Shown piece by piece: positions 28,918 to 39,574 of a stretch of 64,000 bases of DNA (positions are counted from its first letter, which is position 1; each line of letters begins with the position of its first letter). The notes beneath the pieces were generated by a model. It saw only the letters and a list, made by a program, of their open reading frames with translations. It made no database searches and was not told where the DNA came from. The position numbers and the translations under genes are program-made. The stretch covers positions 416,001 to 480,000 of the forward strand of contig CAVUWA010000009.1 in assembly GCA_963744995.1 (NCBI GenBank). The letters run 5' to 3'. The stretch comes from Candidatus Eiseniibacteriota bacterium. Lineage in GTDB: Bacteria > Eisenbacteria > RBG-16-71-46.

Positions 28918-29597
28918 CCGATTCGGCCCTCGGGGCCGCGACCAGCGTCGCGTTCTGCGTGATCCTCGGCTACGTGTGCGGCTCGCTGCCGTTCGCCCTG
29001 TGGCTCGGGCGCTGGTGGCGCGGGGTGGACGTGCGCAGCGCCGGGTCCGGCAATCTCGGCGCGACCAATGTCTACCGCACGCTGGGTCCCGCGGTCGGCA
29101 TCCCGGTGCTGCTGCTCGACGTGTCGAAGGGGGCGATTCCCGTCTGGACCCTGCCGCGCCTCGCCCCGGCCGCGCACTTTCCGGGCGGCATGGAATGGTG
29201 CGCCATTGCGGTGGGGCTGGCGGCGATCCTCGGTCACATGTTCACGTTCCTCGCCGGCTTTCGCGGCGGCAAGGGAGTCGCGACCACGGTGGGCGCGCTG
29301 CTCTCGCTGGCACCCCTCGCCTTTCTCGCGTTCGTGGTCGTGTTCTTCGCGACCCTGCTCGCGACCCGCTTCGTCTCGCTCGGCTCGATCCTCGGCGCTC
29401 TGGCATTCGCCGTGGCGCTGCCGTTCACGCGGGCGGGGGGCATCGCGAGCCCGACGTTTGTGTTCGGCGTGCTGGTCGCCGTGCTGATCATCCTGCGCCA
29501 CCGGCCGAACATCGAGCGGCTGCTCCGCGGAACCGAATCACGTCTCTCGTTCCGGCGCACCCCCGGTGCCGGCAACGGCAGGGCGGGCGCGCCGTGA
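28914..29597 (+). CDS. plsY: Glycerol-3-phosphate acyltransferase PlsY
   Basis: GSGNLGATNVYR, DVSKG, GH.F...FRGGKGVAT, RHRPNIERL..GTE motifs. Confidence 0.96.
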   Translation: MTDSALGAATSVAFCVILGYVCGSLPFALWLGRWWRGVDVRSAGSGNLGATNVYRTLGPAVGIPVLLLDVSKGAIPVWTLPRLAPAAHFPGGMEWCAIAVGLAAILGHMFTFLAGFRGGKGVATTVGALLSLAPLAFLAFVVVFFATLLATRFVSLGSILGALAFAVALPFTRAGGIASPTFVFGVLVAVLIILRHRPNIERLLRGTESRLSFRRTPGAGNGRAGAP

Positions 29598-30583
29598 GCC
29601 GGGTCGCCGTCATCGGCGCGGGCTCATGGGGCACGACGCTCGCAGTGCTGCTCGCCAGCGCGGGGCACGAGGTGTCGCTGTGGGGTAACGAGGCGGCCGA
29701 TCTGGCTGAGATGGAGCGGGTGCGCGAGAACCGGAAGTTTTTGCCTGGCATCGCCCTGCCCCCGGGGATTAAGGTGCAACCGGAACTGGAACGGGTACTT
29801 GGAAGCGTGGAGTTCGGCTGGATCGTGGTGCCGTCGCACGCGGTGCGCGCGGTGACCGGGCGCATCGCCCGGCTCGGCGTCCGGACGACGTGGGTATGCG
29901 CGTCGAAGGGGCTCGAGCTGGGGACGCTCAAACGGCTGTCCGAGGTCCTCGCCGAAACACTGGACGAGGCGGATCCGGTGATCGTCACCGGCCCGAGCCA
30001 CGCCGAAGAGGTGAGCCGCGGCATCCCGACGAGCGTCGTGGCCGCCGCGCACAGCGAGGCGCGGGCCCGCGCGGTCCAGCAGCTGTGCGCGACCGACCTG
30101 TTCCGCGTGTACACGAACGACGACGTGCCCGGCTGCGAATACGGCGCCGCGCTCAAGAACGTGATCGCCATCGCCGCGGGCGTCTGCGATGGAGTGGGGT
30201 TCGGCGACAACACGAAGGGGGCACTGCTCACGCGCGGGCTCGCGGAGATGTCGCGGCTCGGCGAAGCGCTGGGTGGACGCAGGGAGACGTTCTTCGGTCT
30301 GACGGGACTCGGCGATCTGATCGCCACCGGCATGAGCCGGCACAGCCGCAATCGCCGGGTCGGTGAAGCGCTCGGGCGGGGCCAGCCGCTCACGGAGGTG
30401 CTGGCCGGAATGGAGATGGTCGCGGAGGGCGTCAACACCGCCCGGGCCGCGCGGGAGCTTGGCCAGGCGCACGGCATCGAGTTGCCGATCACCGAACAGG
30501 TATGTGCGCTGCTGTTCGAGGGCCGCCACCCACGTGACGCGATGCGCGCTCTGATGGCGCGCGATCTGAAACGCGAGGCGTGA
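29594..30583 (+). CDS. gpsA: NAD(P)H-dependent glycerol-3-phosphate dehydrogenase
   Basis: GAGSWGT, SKGLE, GPSHAEEV, ALKNVIAIAAG, GLGDLIAT..S..SRNR, VAEGV motifs. Confidence 0.96.
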   Translation: MSRVAVIGAGSWGTTLAVLLASAGHEVSLWGNEAADLAEMERVRENRKFLPGIALPPGIKVQPELERVLGSVEFGWIVVPSHAVRAVTGRIARLGVRTTWVCASKGLELGTLKRLSEVLAETLDEADPVIVTGPSHAEEVSRGIPTSVVAAAHSEARARAVQQLCATDLFRVYTNDDVPGCEYGAALKNVIAIAAGVCDGVGFGDNTKGALLTRGLAEMSRLGEALGGRRETFFGLTGLGDLIATGMSRHSRNRRVGEALGRGQPLTEVLAGMEMVAEGVNTARAARELGQAHGIELPITEQVCALLFEGRHPRDAMRALMARDLKREA

Positions 30584-30605
30584 GCCAGGCGGCAGGAGGG
30601 AATGG

Positions 30606-30980
30606 ATGACCCCGATCAGGACCGACACCGGGCTCGAAGGCAAGATGTACCGCCCGATCAGCGAAGTCAGCGAAATGGTCGGCGTGAAGCCGCACGTGCT
30701 GCGGTACTGGGAGACCCAGTTCAGCATGCTGCGGCCGCGGAAGAACCGCGCCGGGAACCGCATGTACCGGCCCGAGGAGATCAAGATGCTGCTGCGCATC
30801 AAGGATCTTCTCTACGCGCGCCGCTTCACGATCGCCGGTGCGCGGCGGCGCCTGCTGGACGAACGCAGGGACACGCCGCAGATCGACATGGGGTTCGATC
30901 ACGCCGATCGTACCGTGGTGATCCACGAGGTGAAGGAAGAGCTGCGCCGCATTGCGGCGCGCCTGCGTGACGCGCGCTGA
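30606..30980 (+). CDS. MerR-family transcriptional regulator
   Basis: ISEVSEMVGVKPHVLRYWE, GNRMY, FTIAGAR; followed by tRNA-Pro(GGG), a familiar arrangement. Confidence 0.9.
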   Translation: MTPIRTDTGLEGKMYRPISEVSEMVGVKPHVLRYWETQFSMLRPRKNRAGNRMYRPEEIKMLLRIKDLLYARRFTIAGARRRLLDERRDTPQIDMGFDHADRTVVIHEVKEELRRIAARLRDAR

Positions 30981-31103
30981 CGGCGGACGGCGCCGGGCGG
31001 CGTCGTGCGGCGCTGAGGGCGCGCGCAAGGACGTGCCCTACTTGCGGGATCCGCGCGGCTTCCCGTAAATTCTCCCGCGGCGGAACTTGCGGGTTCCCCG
31101 GGT

Positions 31104-31180
31104 CGGGGCGTAGCGCAGCCTGGTAGCGCACCTGCATGGGGGGCAGGTGGTCGCTGGTTCAAATCCAGTCGCCCCGACCA
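31104..31180 (+). tRNA. tRNA-Pro(GGG)
   Basis: CGGGGCG/CGCCCCG acceptor stem, CCTGC-ATGGGGG-GCAGG anticodon arm, GGTTCAAATCC, CCA. Confidence 0.95.
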
Positions 31181-31240
31181 TCTTCTTCTTTCCCGCGCCC
31201 ATCGCGAGCCCGTGCCGGCGCTTCCGGAGGAATCGGTTTC

Positions 31241-31948
31241 ATGCGCGTGGCCGCTCTCGTGCCCGCCTATCAGGCTGCGGCCCACCTCGGCGAAGTCCTG
31301 ATGCGGCTGCAGGCGCTCGATCCGCCACCCGACGTGCTGGTCGTGGACGACGGGTCGCGCGACGCAACCGCGGAGGTGGCCCGCCAGTTCGGCGCCCGGG
31401 TGATCTCGTTCGCCGGCAACCGCGGCAAGGGCCACGCGCTGCTCGAGGGGTTCCGGGCGCTGGCCGACCACGATGCGGTGGTGACGCTCGACGCGGACGG
31501 GCAGCATCCGCCCGAGTGTTTTCCTGATTTCGTGCGCGGCGCGGCCACAGCCGACATCGTGCTGGGGCGCCGCGAACGGACGCCCGACATGCCCGTCGGC
31601 CGCCGTTTCGCCAACTGGTTTTCATCGAGCTGGTCGTCGCAGCTCGCCGGCCAGCGCGTGGAGGACAGCCAGTGCGGCTATCGGCTGTACCGGCGTGAGG
31701 TGCTCGAGCGCACGCCGCTCACGCCCGGTCGCTACGAGCTCGAATCGGAGGTCGTGGTGCGTGCGGCGCGGCTCGGCTTCCGCCTCACCCACGTGAGCAT
31801 CCCCACCGTGTACGGAGAGGAGAAGAGCCAGCTGAGCGCGTTCCGCGACGTGCCACGCATCGTCGGGACGCTGCTCCGGCTCACCCTCGAAGGGGTCCTG
31901 CCGCCGCGCGCGATGCGCGATGCCACGCTCGGGGCCGGCCGCACGTGA
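31241..31948 (+). CDS. Family 2 glycosyltransferase (DPM1-like)
   Basis: VPAY, VVDDGSRD, NRGKG, DADGQH, DSQCGYR motifs. Confidence 0.9.
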   Translation: MRVAALVPAYQAAAHLGEVLMRLQALDPPPDVLVVDDGSRDATAEVARQFGARVISFAGNRGKGHALLEGFRALADHDAVVTLDADGQHPPECFPDFVRGAATADIVLGRRERTPDMPVGRRFANWFSSSWSSQLAGQRVEDSQCGYRLYRREVLERTPLTPGRYELESEVVVRAARLGFRLTHVSIPTVYGEEKSQLSAFRDVPRIVGTLLRLTLEGVLPPRAMRDATLGAGRT

Positions 31949-32691
31949 GGATCCTGATCACCAACGACGACGGGATCTTCGCACCGGCCCTGCTCAAACT
32001 GCGCGATGTCCTCCGCCGGTTCGGCCACGTCACGGTGATCGCCCCCGACCGCAACCAGAGCGCCACCTCGCATTCGCTCACGCTGCACCGGCCGTTCCGG
32101 ATCCGCGAGCACGAGCCCGGTATCTTCAGCGTCGACGGCACGCCGACGGACTGCGTGGTGGCGGCCTGGTACGGCCTGCTCGACGAGCCGCCCGACCTGG
32201 TGGTGTCGGGCATCAACCATGGTCCCAACATGGGCGAGGACGTGTTCTACTCCGGCACGGTCGCCGCGGCCATCGAGGGATCGCTGCAGGGGGCGATGGC
32301 GGTGGCCTGCTCGCTCGTCACCCGCGAGCTGTCGGACTACGTCGAGCCCGCGGCCTTCATCGAGCGACTCGTGGGACGGGTGCTCGAGGAGGGACTTCCG
32401 CACCGCACGCTGCTGAACGTGAACATCCCGTACCGGCCGTGGAGGGAAGTGCGCGGCGTGCAGATCACCCGGCTCGGCAGCCGCGTCTATCGCGACACCC
32501 TGATCCGCAAGGTGGACCCGCGCGGTCTCGACTACTACTGGATCGGCGGCGAAGATCCGGTGTGGTCGTCCGAGGAGGGCACCGACTTCCACGCGGTCCA
32601 CGAGGGCTACGTGTCCGTGACCCCGATGCGGCTCGACCTGACCGACGAAGGGGCCATCGACGGCGTGCGCGCCTGGAACCTCGAGAAGTGA
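31945..32691 (+). CDS. surE: 5'/3'-nucleotidase SurE
   Basis: ILITNDDG, GTPTDCV, VSGINHGPN, YSGTVAAA, GYVSVTP motifs. Confidence 0.97.
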   Translation: MRILITNDDGIFAPALLKLRDVLRRFGHVTVIAPDRNQSATSHSLTLHRPFRIREHEPGIFSVDGTPTDCVVAAWYGLLDEPPDLVVSGINHGPNMGEDVFYSGTVAAAIEGSLQGAMAVACSLVTRELSDYVEPAAFIERLVGRVLEEGLPHRTLLNVNIPYRPWREVRGVQITRLGSRVYRDTLIRKVDPRGLDYYWIGGEDPVWSSEEGTDFHAVHEGYVSVTPMRLDLTDEGAIDGVRAWNLEK

Positions 32692-33377
32692 GACACGCGA
32701 ACGGAAGTGCGGCGCCGGATCCGCATGCGTCCGCGCGGCGGCGCATGGTGGAGAAGCAGCTGCGCGAGCGCGGCATCCGCGATGAACGTGTGCTCGAGGC
32801 GATGGCCGCCGTGCCGCGCGAACTGTTCGTGGATCCGGCGTTCGTCTCCCGCGCCTACGGCGACCACGCGCTGCCGACGGGCGAGGGCCAGACGATCTCG
32901 CAGCCGTACATCGTCGCCCGCATGCTCGAGGTGGCACGCCTCGAGCCCGGCCACCGCGTGCTGGAGATCGGCACCGGGACCGGATACCAGACCGCCCTGC
33001 TGGCGCGACTCTGCGAGCGGGTCTTCAGCGTCGAGCGCGTGCCGTCGCTGCTGCGTGCGGCGCAGAAGCGCCTGGACCAGCTCGGGGTACGCGGCGTCGC
33101 CCTCAGGCACGGGGACGGCAGCCTCGGTTGGCAGGAGTTTGCGCCCTATGCTAGGGTCCTCGTCGCCGCTGCGGCGCCCCGTGTTCCCGACGCTCTGCGA
33201 AACCAGTTGGGGGAACGGGGTGTTCTTGTTATCCCGGTGGGTGACGCGTCCCGGCAGCATCTGGAAGTGTGGGAACGCGAGTCCGCGGACCGCTGGCGGC
33301 ACGTCCGGCTCGGCGAGTGCCGTTTCGTCCCGCTGGTCGGACGCGACGCCTGGGCCGACAGCCCGGCGGAGGAGTAG
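32688..33377 (+). CDS. pcm: Protein-L-isoaspartate O-methyltransferase
   Basis: VPRELFV, GQTISQPYIVA, VLEIGTGTGYQ, GDGSLGW, RFVPLVG motifs; follows surE. Confidence 0.96.
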   Translation: MRHANGSAAPDPHASARRRMVEKQLRERGIRDERVLEAMAAVPRELFVDPAFVSRAYGDHALPTGEGQTISQPYIVARMLEVARLEPGHRVLEIGTGTGYQTALLARLCERVFSVERVPSLLRAAQKRLDQLGVRGVALRHGDGSLGWQEFAPYARVLVAAAAPRVPDALRNQLGERGVLVIPVGDASRQHLEVWERESADRWRHVRLGECRFVPLVGRDAWADSPAEE

Positions 33378-33382
33378 CGAGT

Positions 33383-33459
<77 letters not shown>

Positions 33460-33570
33460 TTCGATCCCGGCGCCGTACGCGGCACCCGAGGCGGAAACGT
33501 CCCGGGTGTTTTCGTTGTGCGCGCGGCGGCTTGAATGCCGCGCGCGCGTGGCGCATGCTGCGGCGTGGTC

Positions 33571-33832
33571 ATGGCATCCCTTCATCTCCGCATCGAGGGA
33601 CGCGTGCAGGGCGTCGGTTTCAGATGGTTCGTGGTCCGTGAAGCCCGCGCGCTCGGCCTCGCGGGCCACGTCCGCAATCTGCATGACGGTGCGGTCGAGC
33701 TCGACGCCGAGGGGCCGGACGACTCCCTGCGCCGACTGCTCGATTCGGTGCGCAACGGACCGCCGGGCGCCCGGGTCCTGCGCGTGATCGACGCGTGGGG
33801 CGAGACCCGCGGCCGCTTCAGAGGATTCGAGA

Positions 33833-33843
<11 letters not shown>
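33571..33843 (+). CDS. acyP: Acylphosphatase
   Basis: [25 protein letters not shown] motifs. Confidence 0.93.
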
Positions 33844-34921
<1,078 letters not shown>

Positions 34922-35032
34922 AGTGGGCCGCAGACGCACATGGACATCGGAAAGGCCGGCGCGCCGCGGGCACGCCGCTCGAGAGCAGAACGGACCGGGC
35001 CGCCGACGGCGGCCCCAGCGACGGGGCGACCC

Positions 35033-35572
35033 ATGATCGATCTGCGCAGCAGGATTCGCGACGTACCCGACTTCCCGAAGAAGGGCATCGTCTTCAAGGA
35101 CATCACGCCGCTGCTGTCCGACCCGGACGCGTTGCGCGAGTGCGTCGCGCAGATGGCCGCCCGCGCGCCGGCGCCGGATGCGGTGGTGGCGATCGAGTCG
35201 CGCGGATTCATCTTCGGCACCGCTCTGGCGATGCACTGGCGGGTGCCGTTCGTTCCCGCCCGCAAGTTCGGCAAGCTGCCGGGCGAGACCGTGCGCGAAA
35301 TGTATTCGCTCGAGTACGGCGAGGATACGCTCGAGATCCATCGCGACGCCCTGCACGCGGGCCAGAAGGTGGTGCTCGTGGACGACCTGCTGGCGACCGG
35401 CGGAACCGCCGCCGCGACCGTGCGGCTGGTCGAACAGCTGGAAGCGAAGATCGTCGCCTGCCTGTTCGTCGTCGAGCTGAGCGGGCTCGGCGGGCGCGAA
35501 CGGCTCGGCTCCTACCGCGTCGAGGCACTCATGGCGTTCGAGACCGAGGAAGCGGCGGAGGAGCGCGACTAG
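35033..35572 (+). CDS. apt: Adenine phosphoribosyltransferase
   Basis: IRDVPDFPKKGIVFKDITPLL, ESRGF, RKFGKLP, YSLEYG, VDDLLATGGT motifs. Confidence 0.97.
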   Translation: MIDLRSRIRDVPDFPKKGIVFKDITPLLSDPDALRECVAQMAARAPAPDAVVAIESRGFIFGTALAMHWRVPFVPARKFGKLPGETVREMYSLEYGEDTLEIHRDALHAGQKVVLVDDLLATGGTAAATVRLVEQLEAKIVACLFVVELSGLGGRERLGSYRVEALMAFETEEAAEERD

Positions 35573-35600
35573 GCGGGGAGCGCGACGGCCGGCATCCCGT

Positions 35601-36446
35601 TCACGCGCCCGCGGGCGCCGCCAGCGGGCCGCCCGGGCGGATCAGCGGTGCGAGCGCCTTGCGGCCGAGCAGGATGTCCGTCGGTCCCATCGCGTAGGGC
35701 GCGACCTCGTAGGCGTTGTAGTGGAAGCGCAGGCCCTCGCCGGTCACCGCCCAGTTGTCGTTGAGCTGGAACGCGCCGCCCTCGAACCAGAACCCCGCCG
35801 CCACCAGGTCGTCGGTGGCCGCGAGGTCGTGCGCCTTGCGGAACGCGCGCTCGCCGAGCGCGGTGAGGCGCGCGCCGTACCCGGGCACGAACAGCTCGTC
35901 CAGCGAGACCCGATGGCCGTCATGCGCATTCAGCGTCATCAGCCGCACGAGCGCGTTCGGATGGGCGCCGCCCGTGTAGCTCTCCTCGGAGAACTCGATG
36001 CTGAAGAGGCGGCCGTCGTTCCACACCGGGGTGGCCCGGCGCTGGATCGTCCAGGACGCGGGCGAATCGGGAAACTCCTCGGAGAAGTCGCGGTACTCGT
36101 CGAGGAATCGTTGCATCAACGTGTCGGCCATGGCCGCGCCGCCGCCCTCGTCGCGCTCGTCCACCGCGGCGAACACGGTCGTGTCGAGGAACGCCGCGAC
36201 GGAGTCACGCAGGGGAGGGGGCCCGCTGGTCAGCTCGAAGTAGCCGAGCGAGATGGAGGCGCAGGGCGCGAGCTGCTCAGGACAGTCCTCGAGCGTCTGG
36301 TGCTTCTCCCGCTTCTCGAACGAGAGGGGCTTCACACCGGTGGCGGTCGCCGGGGCGCGGTGCTTCGAGGTGCCCGACCTGCCGCACGAAACGCCCAGCA
36401 ACGCCGTGAGCGCCACGACCGCGATGACCAGACCGCGAATCCTCAT
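35601..36446 (-). CDS. DUF3298/DUF4163 (RsiV/PdaC-like) lipoprotein
   Basis: Lipobox GVSC, YTGGAHP, F.YNAYEVAPYAMG motifs. Confidence 0.82.
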   Translation of the reverse strand: MRIRGLVIAVVALTALLGVSCGRSGTSKHRAPATATGVKPLSFEKREKHQTLEDCPEQLAPCASISLGYFELTSGPPPLRDSVAAFLDTTVFAAVDERDEGGGAAMADTLMQRFLDEYRDFSEEFPDSPASWTIQRRATPVWNDGRLFSIEFSEESYTGGAHPNALVRLMTLNAHDGHRVSLDELFVPGYGARLTALGERAFRKAHDLAATDDLVAAGFWFEGGAFQLNDNWAVTGEGLRFHYNAYEVAPYAMGPTDILLGRKALAPLIRPGGPLAAPAGA

Positions 36447-36542
36447 CGACGAGCGATTCCTTTCCCATGCGCGGTGACGGATCGAATCCGCCGCGCATGG
36501 TAGCAGATCCCGGCGGCCGCGCACGGGAGGGCGGGAGGCCGT

Positions 36543-38057
36543 TCAACGGCGCCCCAGCGACGGATGCGTCACGTCGCCCGGATCCCCCTCGAGCGGAATG
36601 AAACGCAACGGACGCCAGACCAGGTGGGCCGCCGCAACGTCCTTCCCGGCCAGGAAGTCCCGCACCACCGGCGCCGCGTCGGGGTTCTGCCACAGCGTCT
36701 GCTCGTGCCCGGCGTCCGCCACGACGAGATGGGTGCCGTGCGCGAAGCCCCAGCGCACCTGCTCGGCCTGGCATGGCGGCGCGTTCCAGTCGAATTCGCC
36801 GGAGAGGAACAGCGTCGGCACCGACGTCACCACGGGCCGGTAGTACCCGGGCCCGGGGCCGTGATCGGTCCACAGCGGGGTGATCTCCGGGAAGGGAAAG
36901 TTGACGACGTCCGCGAACCGGCTCGCAGCCGCCTGCGCCCGGATCTCATCGAGCCGCTCGGGCGAAGCTCCAGAGGAAGCGTCCGTCATCACCCCCATCC
37001 CGGCGATGCCGTACATGAACCCGGCCCGCTTCTGCACGAACCACTGGAGAATCGAGGGATCCCCGCGGTCGATCGAATACAGCAGGCGCGGGAACACGGG
37101 CAGGTCGCTGGCGTCACCGATGTCGGCTCGCAGGATCAGGTGGAGCCCGAAGGGACCGACGCGGAGATCCATCGGGGCGCCGTCGCGCCTCTTCACCGTC
37201 ACCGTCATCGGGTGCTCGGCGAGCTTCGCGTCCACCCTCGCCAGCAGGGCGACGAGGTCGGGGACCGTGCGGGCCAGCGTCGGATCGGCTGCGGCGAGCT
37301 GCGCCAGACGCTCGAACTGGACATCCATCATCCAGGGCAGCTTGAGGGTGTGATCGGGTCCTTCCACGCCCACCAGCACCGCGCGCGTCACGTGCGCGTC
37401 GTAGTGCCGCAGGTAGGCGAGCGCCAGGTGCGTCCCGTACGAGAAACCCATGAGGGCGATGCGATCGTAGCCCAGAGCGGCGCGCAGGGCGTCGATGTCG
37501 CGAATGCTCTCGAGGTTCGTATAGCCTTCGATGTCCACTCCACGCTCGCGATAGGCGGCCAGGGCGCGACGACTCATCCTCGCCCAGTGCGCACGGGCCG
37601 TGTCGGCGCTCGCGAAGAAGTCGCGCGGCAGGGGACCGTCCCAGAGGAAGACCATGTCGCGGTCGCGGCTGCCGCGCGGATCGATGAAGACGACGTCCGA
37701 GACGTCGAGCAACGGCGCCCACATCTCGAGCGCAGCGGGATCGTCCGCAGCGGGGGTGGCCGCATTGCCGGGACCGCCGGGCAGGAAGAACAGGGGCGCC
37801 GCAGCGTGTGCCGCGCCGCTCTTCAGGACGACGTAGTGCACCGGGATCCGGCGCGAGTCGGGGACCGAACGGACTTCGGGAACCAGCAGCCGGCCGCGCT
37901 CCAGCTGGATCGTCCGGCCGGAGGCGAGGTGGACGACGTCGCTGCTGCGGGCCGCGAGTTCGGCCCCGTCGGCCGCGCCGGCCACGCGGACGGCCGGGGT
38001 GCCGCAGACGAGGGCGAGCGTGGCCGCGGCCGGCAGAAGAATGGGACGGACCTTCAT
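36543..38057 (-). CDS. Secreted alpha/beta hydrolase (TAP-like peptidase S33)
   Basis: LPGGPG, DPRG, GFSYGT nucleophile, SGEFD, AGHE; signal peptide. Confidence 0.88.
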   Translation of the reverse strand: MKVRPILLPAAATLALVCGTPAVRVAGAADGAELAARSSDVVHLASGRTIQLERGRLLVPEVRSVPDSRRIPVHYVVLKSGAAHAAAPLFFLPGGPGNAATPAADDPAALEMWAPLLDVSDVVFIDPRGSRDRDMVFLWDGPLPRDFFASADTARAHWARMSRRALAAYRERGVDIEGYTNLESIRDIDALRAALGYDRIALMGFSYGTHLALAYLRHYDAHVTRAVLVGVEGPDHTLKLPWMMDVQFERLAQLAAADPTLARTVPDLVALLARVDAKLAEHPMTVTVKRRDGAPMDLRVGPFGLHLILRADIGDASDLPVFPRLLYSIDRGDPSILQWFVQKRAGFMYGIAGMGVMTDASSGASPERLDEIRAQAAASRFADVVNFPFPEITPLWTDHGPGPGYYRPVVTSVPTLFLSGEFDWNAPPCQAEQVRWGFAHGTHLVVADAGHEQTLWQNPDAAPVVRDFLAGKDVAAAHLVWRPLRFIPLEGDPGDVTHPSLGRR

Positions 38058-38833
38058 GGTTGATGTCTCCTCGGGGATCGGGCAGATGTCCCGGCCCCGG
38101 CCGGGCGCGTGGGAGACGCCGCGAGATAGCCCCGCAGCGCCCGGGACAGGCCATCGACGAGCCCCGCCTGCGAGACCGCGGTCACACGGGCGTGGGGCGC
38201 GTCGGCGAACAGGAGCTTCTCGCGCGCGGCGGCCGAGATCATGAAGACTCCGAACCGCACCGCTTCATCGGGATCGTCATGGGCGATCGCGGCGCGATGG
38301 GGTCGCAGCGCCTCGACGGCCGTGTCGCGCACCCGTCGTCGCCGGTCGTACACATCGGGCTCGAGGGCATCCGGATTGGCGCGGACGAACAGCGCCATTG
38401 CGCGCAGGAACCAGCGACGCTCGACGTAGAGCCCGACGAGGACCTCGACCAGCGCATGCACCGCATCGTCGAAGTCGAGTGCGGCCCAATCGTGCCGCGC
38501 CATGCGCCGCCTCATCAGCGTCTCGAGGCCCGCGTCATAACGGCGGTAGAGGTAGGGCAGGAGGCCGTCCTTGCTCGAGAAGCGGGCGTAGAAGGCGCCC
38601 GTCGTGCGCCCCGCCAGACGGGCCATCTCGTGCACCCCGATGGCCTCGAACGGACGGTCGCGGAGCAGTTTCTCGGCGGCCGCCGCGAAGGCCTCGACGG
38701 TCGCCCGTGCGCGCGCCTGAAGGGGAGGGGTGAAACGCCAGCGGATCTCGTTGCCCAGCCCGGGACGGACCCTGTCCGGACGGCCTGCGCCGCGAGGGCG
38801 TGGCCGCGCCGGCGCACGGCGGGCGACGCTCAC
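38054..38833 (-). CDS. TetR/AcrR-family regulator
   Basis: PLQARARAT, HTH VHEMARLAGRTTGAFYARFSSKDGL; stop overlaps the hydrolase ATG. Confidence 0.88.
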   Translation of the reverse strand: MSVARRAPARPRPRGAGRPDRVRPGLGNEIRWRFTPPLQARARATVEAFAAAAEKLLRDRPFEAIGVHEMARLAGRTTGAFYARFSSKDGLLPYLYRRYDAGLETLMRRRMARHDWAALDFDDAVHALVEVLVGLYVERRWFLRAMALFVRANPDALEPDVYDRRRRVRDTAVEALRPHRAAIAHDDPDEAVRFGVFMISAAAREKLLFADAPHARVTAVSQAGLVDGLSRALRGYLAASPTRPAGAGTSARSPRRHQP

Positions 38834-38865
38834 GTGTCGCTCCGGCAGGTGCCATCGGTGTCAGA

Positions 38866-38906
38866 AAACATAATCGTATTATGTTTAGTGGCCCGGCGGG
38901 TGTCAA
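38866..38906 (-). promoter_or_regulatory. Sigma-70 promoter with overlapping palindromic operator (probable TetR autorepression site)
   Basis: Minus strand TTGACA-N17-CATAAT; perfect inverted repeat AAACATAAT-cgt-ATTATGTTT at 38866-38886. Confidence 0.8.
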
Positions 38907-38974
38907 GGTGCTTTCGGTGGGCGCCGCGCATGCCGGCACGTTGCGCATGCGCCGGCGATGGGGAGAGGCCGCGG

Positions 38975-39457
38975 TCAGTCCAGGCCGGTGTGGCCGAAGC
39001 CGCCCGCGCCGCGCGCGGTCTCGGTCAGGTCTCCGACCTCATGCCAGGCGACACGGGGGACGCGTGCGAGCACCATCTGCGCGATGCGCATGCCGCGCTC
39101 GATGCGGAACGGCCCGCCGCCGTGGTTGACCAGCGCGACGATCACTTCGCCGCGGTAGTCGGAGTCGATCGTCGCCGGGCTGTTGGGCAGCGTCACGCCG
39201 TGCTTCATGCCGAGCCCCGAGCGCGGCCGCACCTGCATCTCGAAACCCTCCGGGACCTCGATCGCGAACCCGGTGGGAACCCGTGCGATCGCCCCGGGGA
39301 CGAGAACGATGGGCGTATCGATCGCCGCACGCACGTCGAGCCCGGCGCTGCCCGGGGTGCCGTAGGCCGGCAGCGGCAGGTCCTTGGCGTGCGGCAGGCG
39401 GCGGATGCGCACGGGCACCGTGACGGCGGCGGCGGCTTCGGAATACTGGCTCGGCAT
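38975..39457 (-). CDS. dut: dUTP diphosphatase
   Basis: [39 protein letters not shown] motifs. Confidence 0.97.
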   Translation of the reverse strand: MPSQYSEAAAAVTVPVRIRRLPHAKDLPLPAYGTPGSAGLDVRAAIDTPIVLVPGAIARVPTGFAIEVPEGFEMQVRPRSGLGMKHGVTLPNSPATIDSDYRGEVIVALVNHGGGPFRIERGMRIAQMVLARVPRVAWHEVGDLTETARGAGGFGHTGLD

Positions 39458-39574
39458 GCGCGTACCCTAACAGCGGGGCGGATGCAGCGCCATTCCGGAA
39501 GAAGCGTTTTCGCTGGACGCTGCGCCCCGCACGGCCATACTCACCTGCACCCCCGTCGGGCTTCGGAGGTCTCC

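Noticed and set aside
33120..33270. Locally lower-GC patches inside pcm (also gpsA near 29730-29810)
   Set aside because: They could hide internal promoters, but no correctly spaced -35/-10 pair was found, and they are too short to suggest horizontal transfer.
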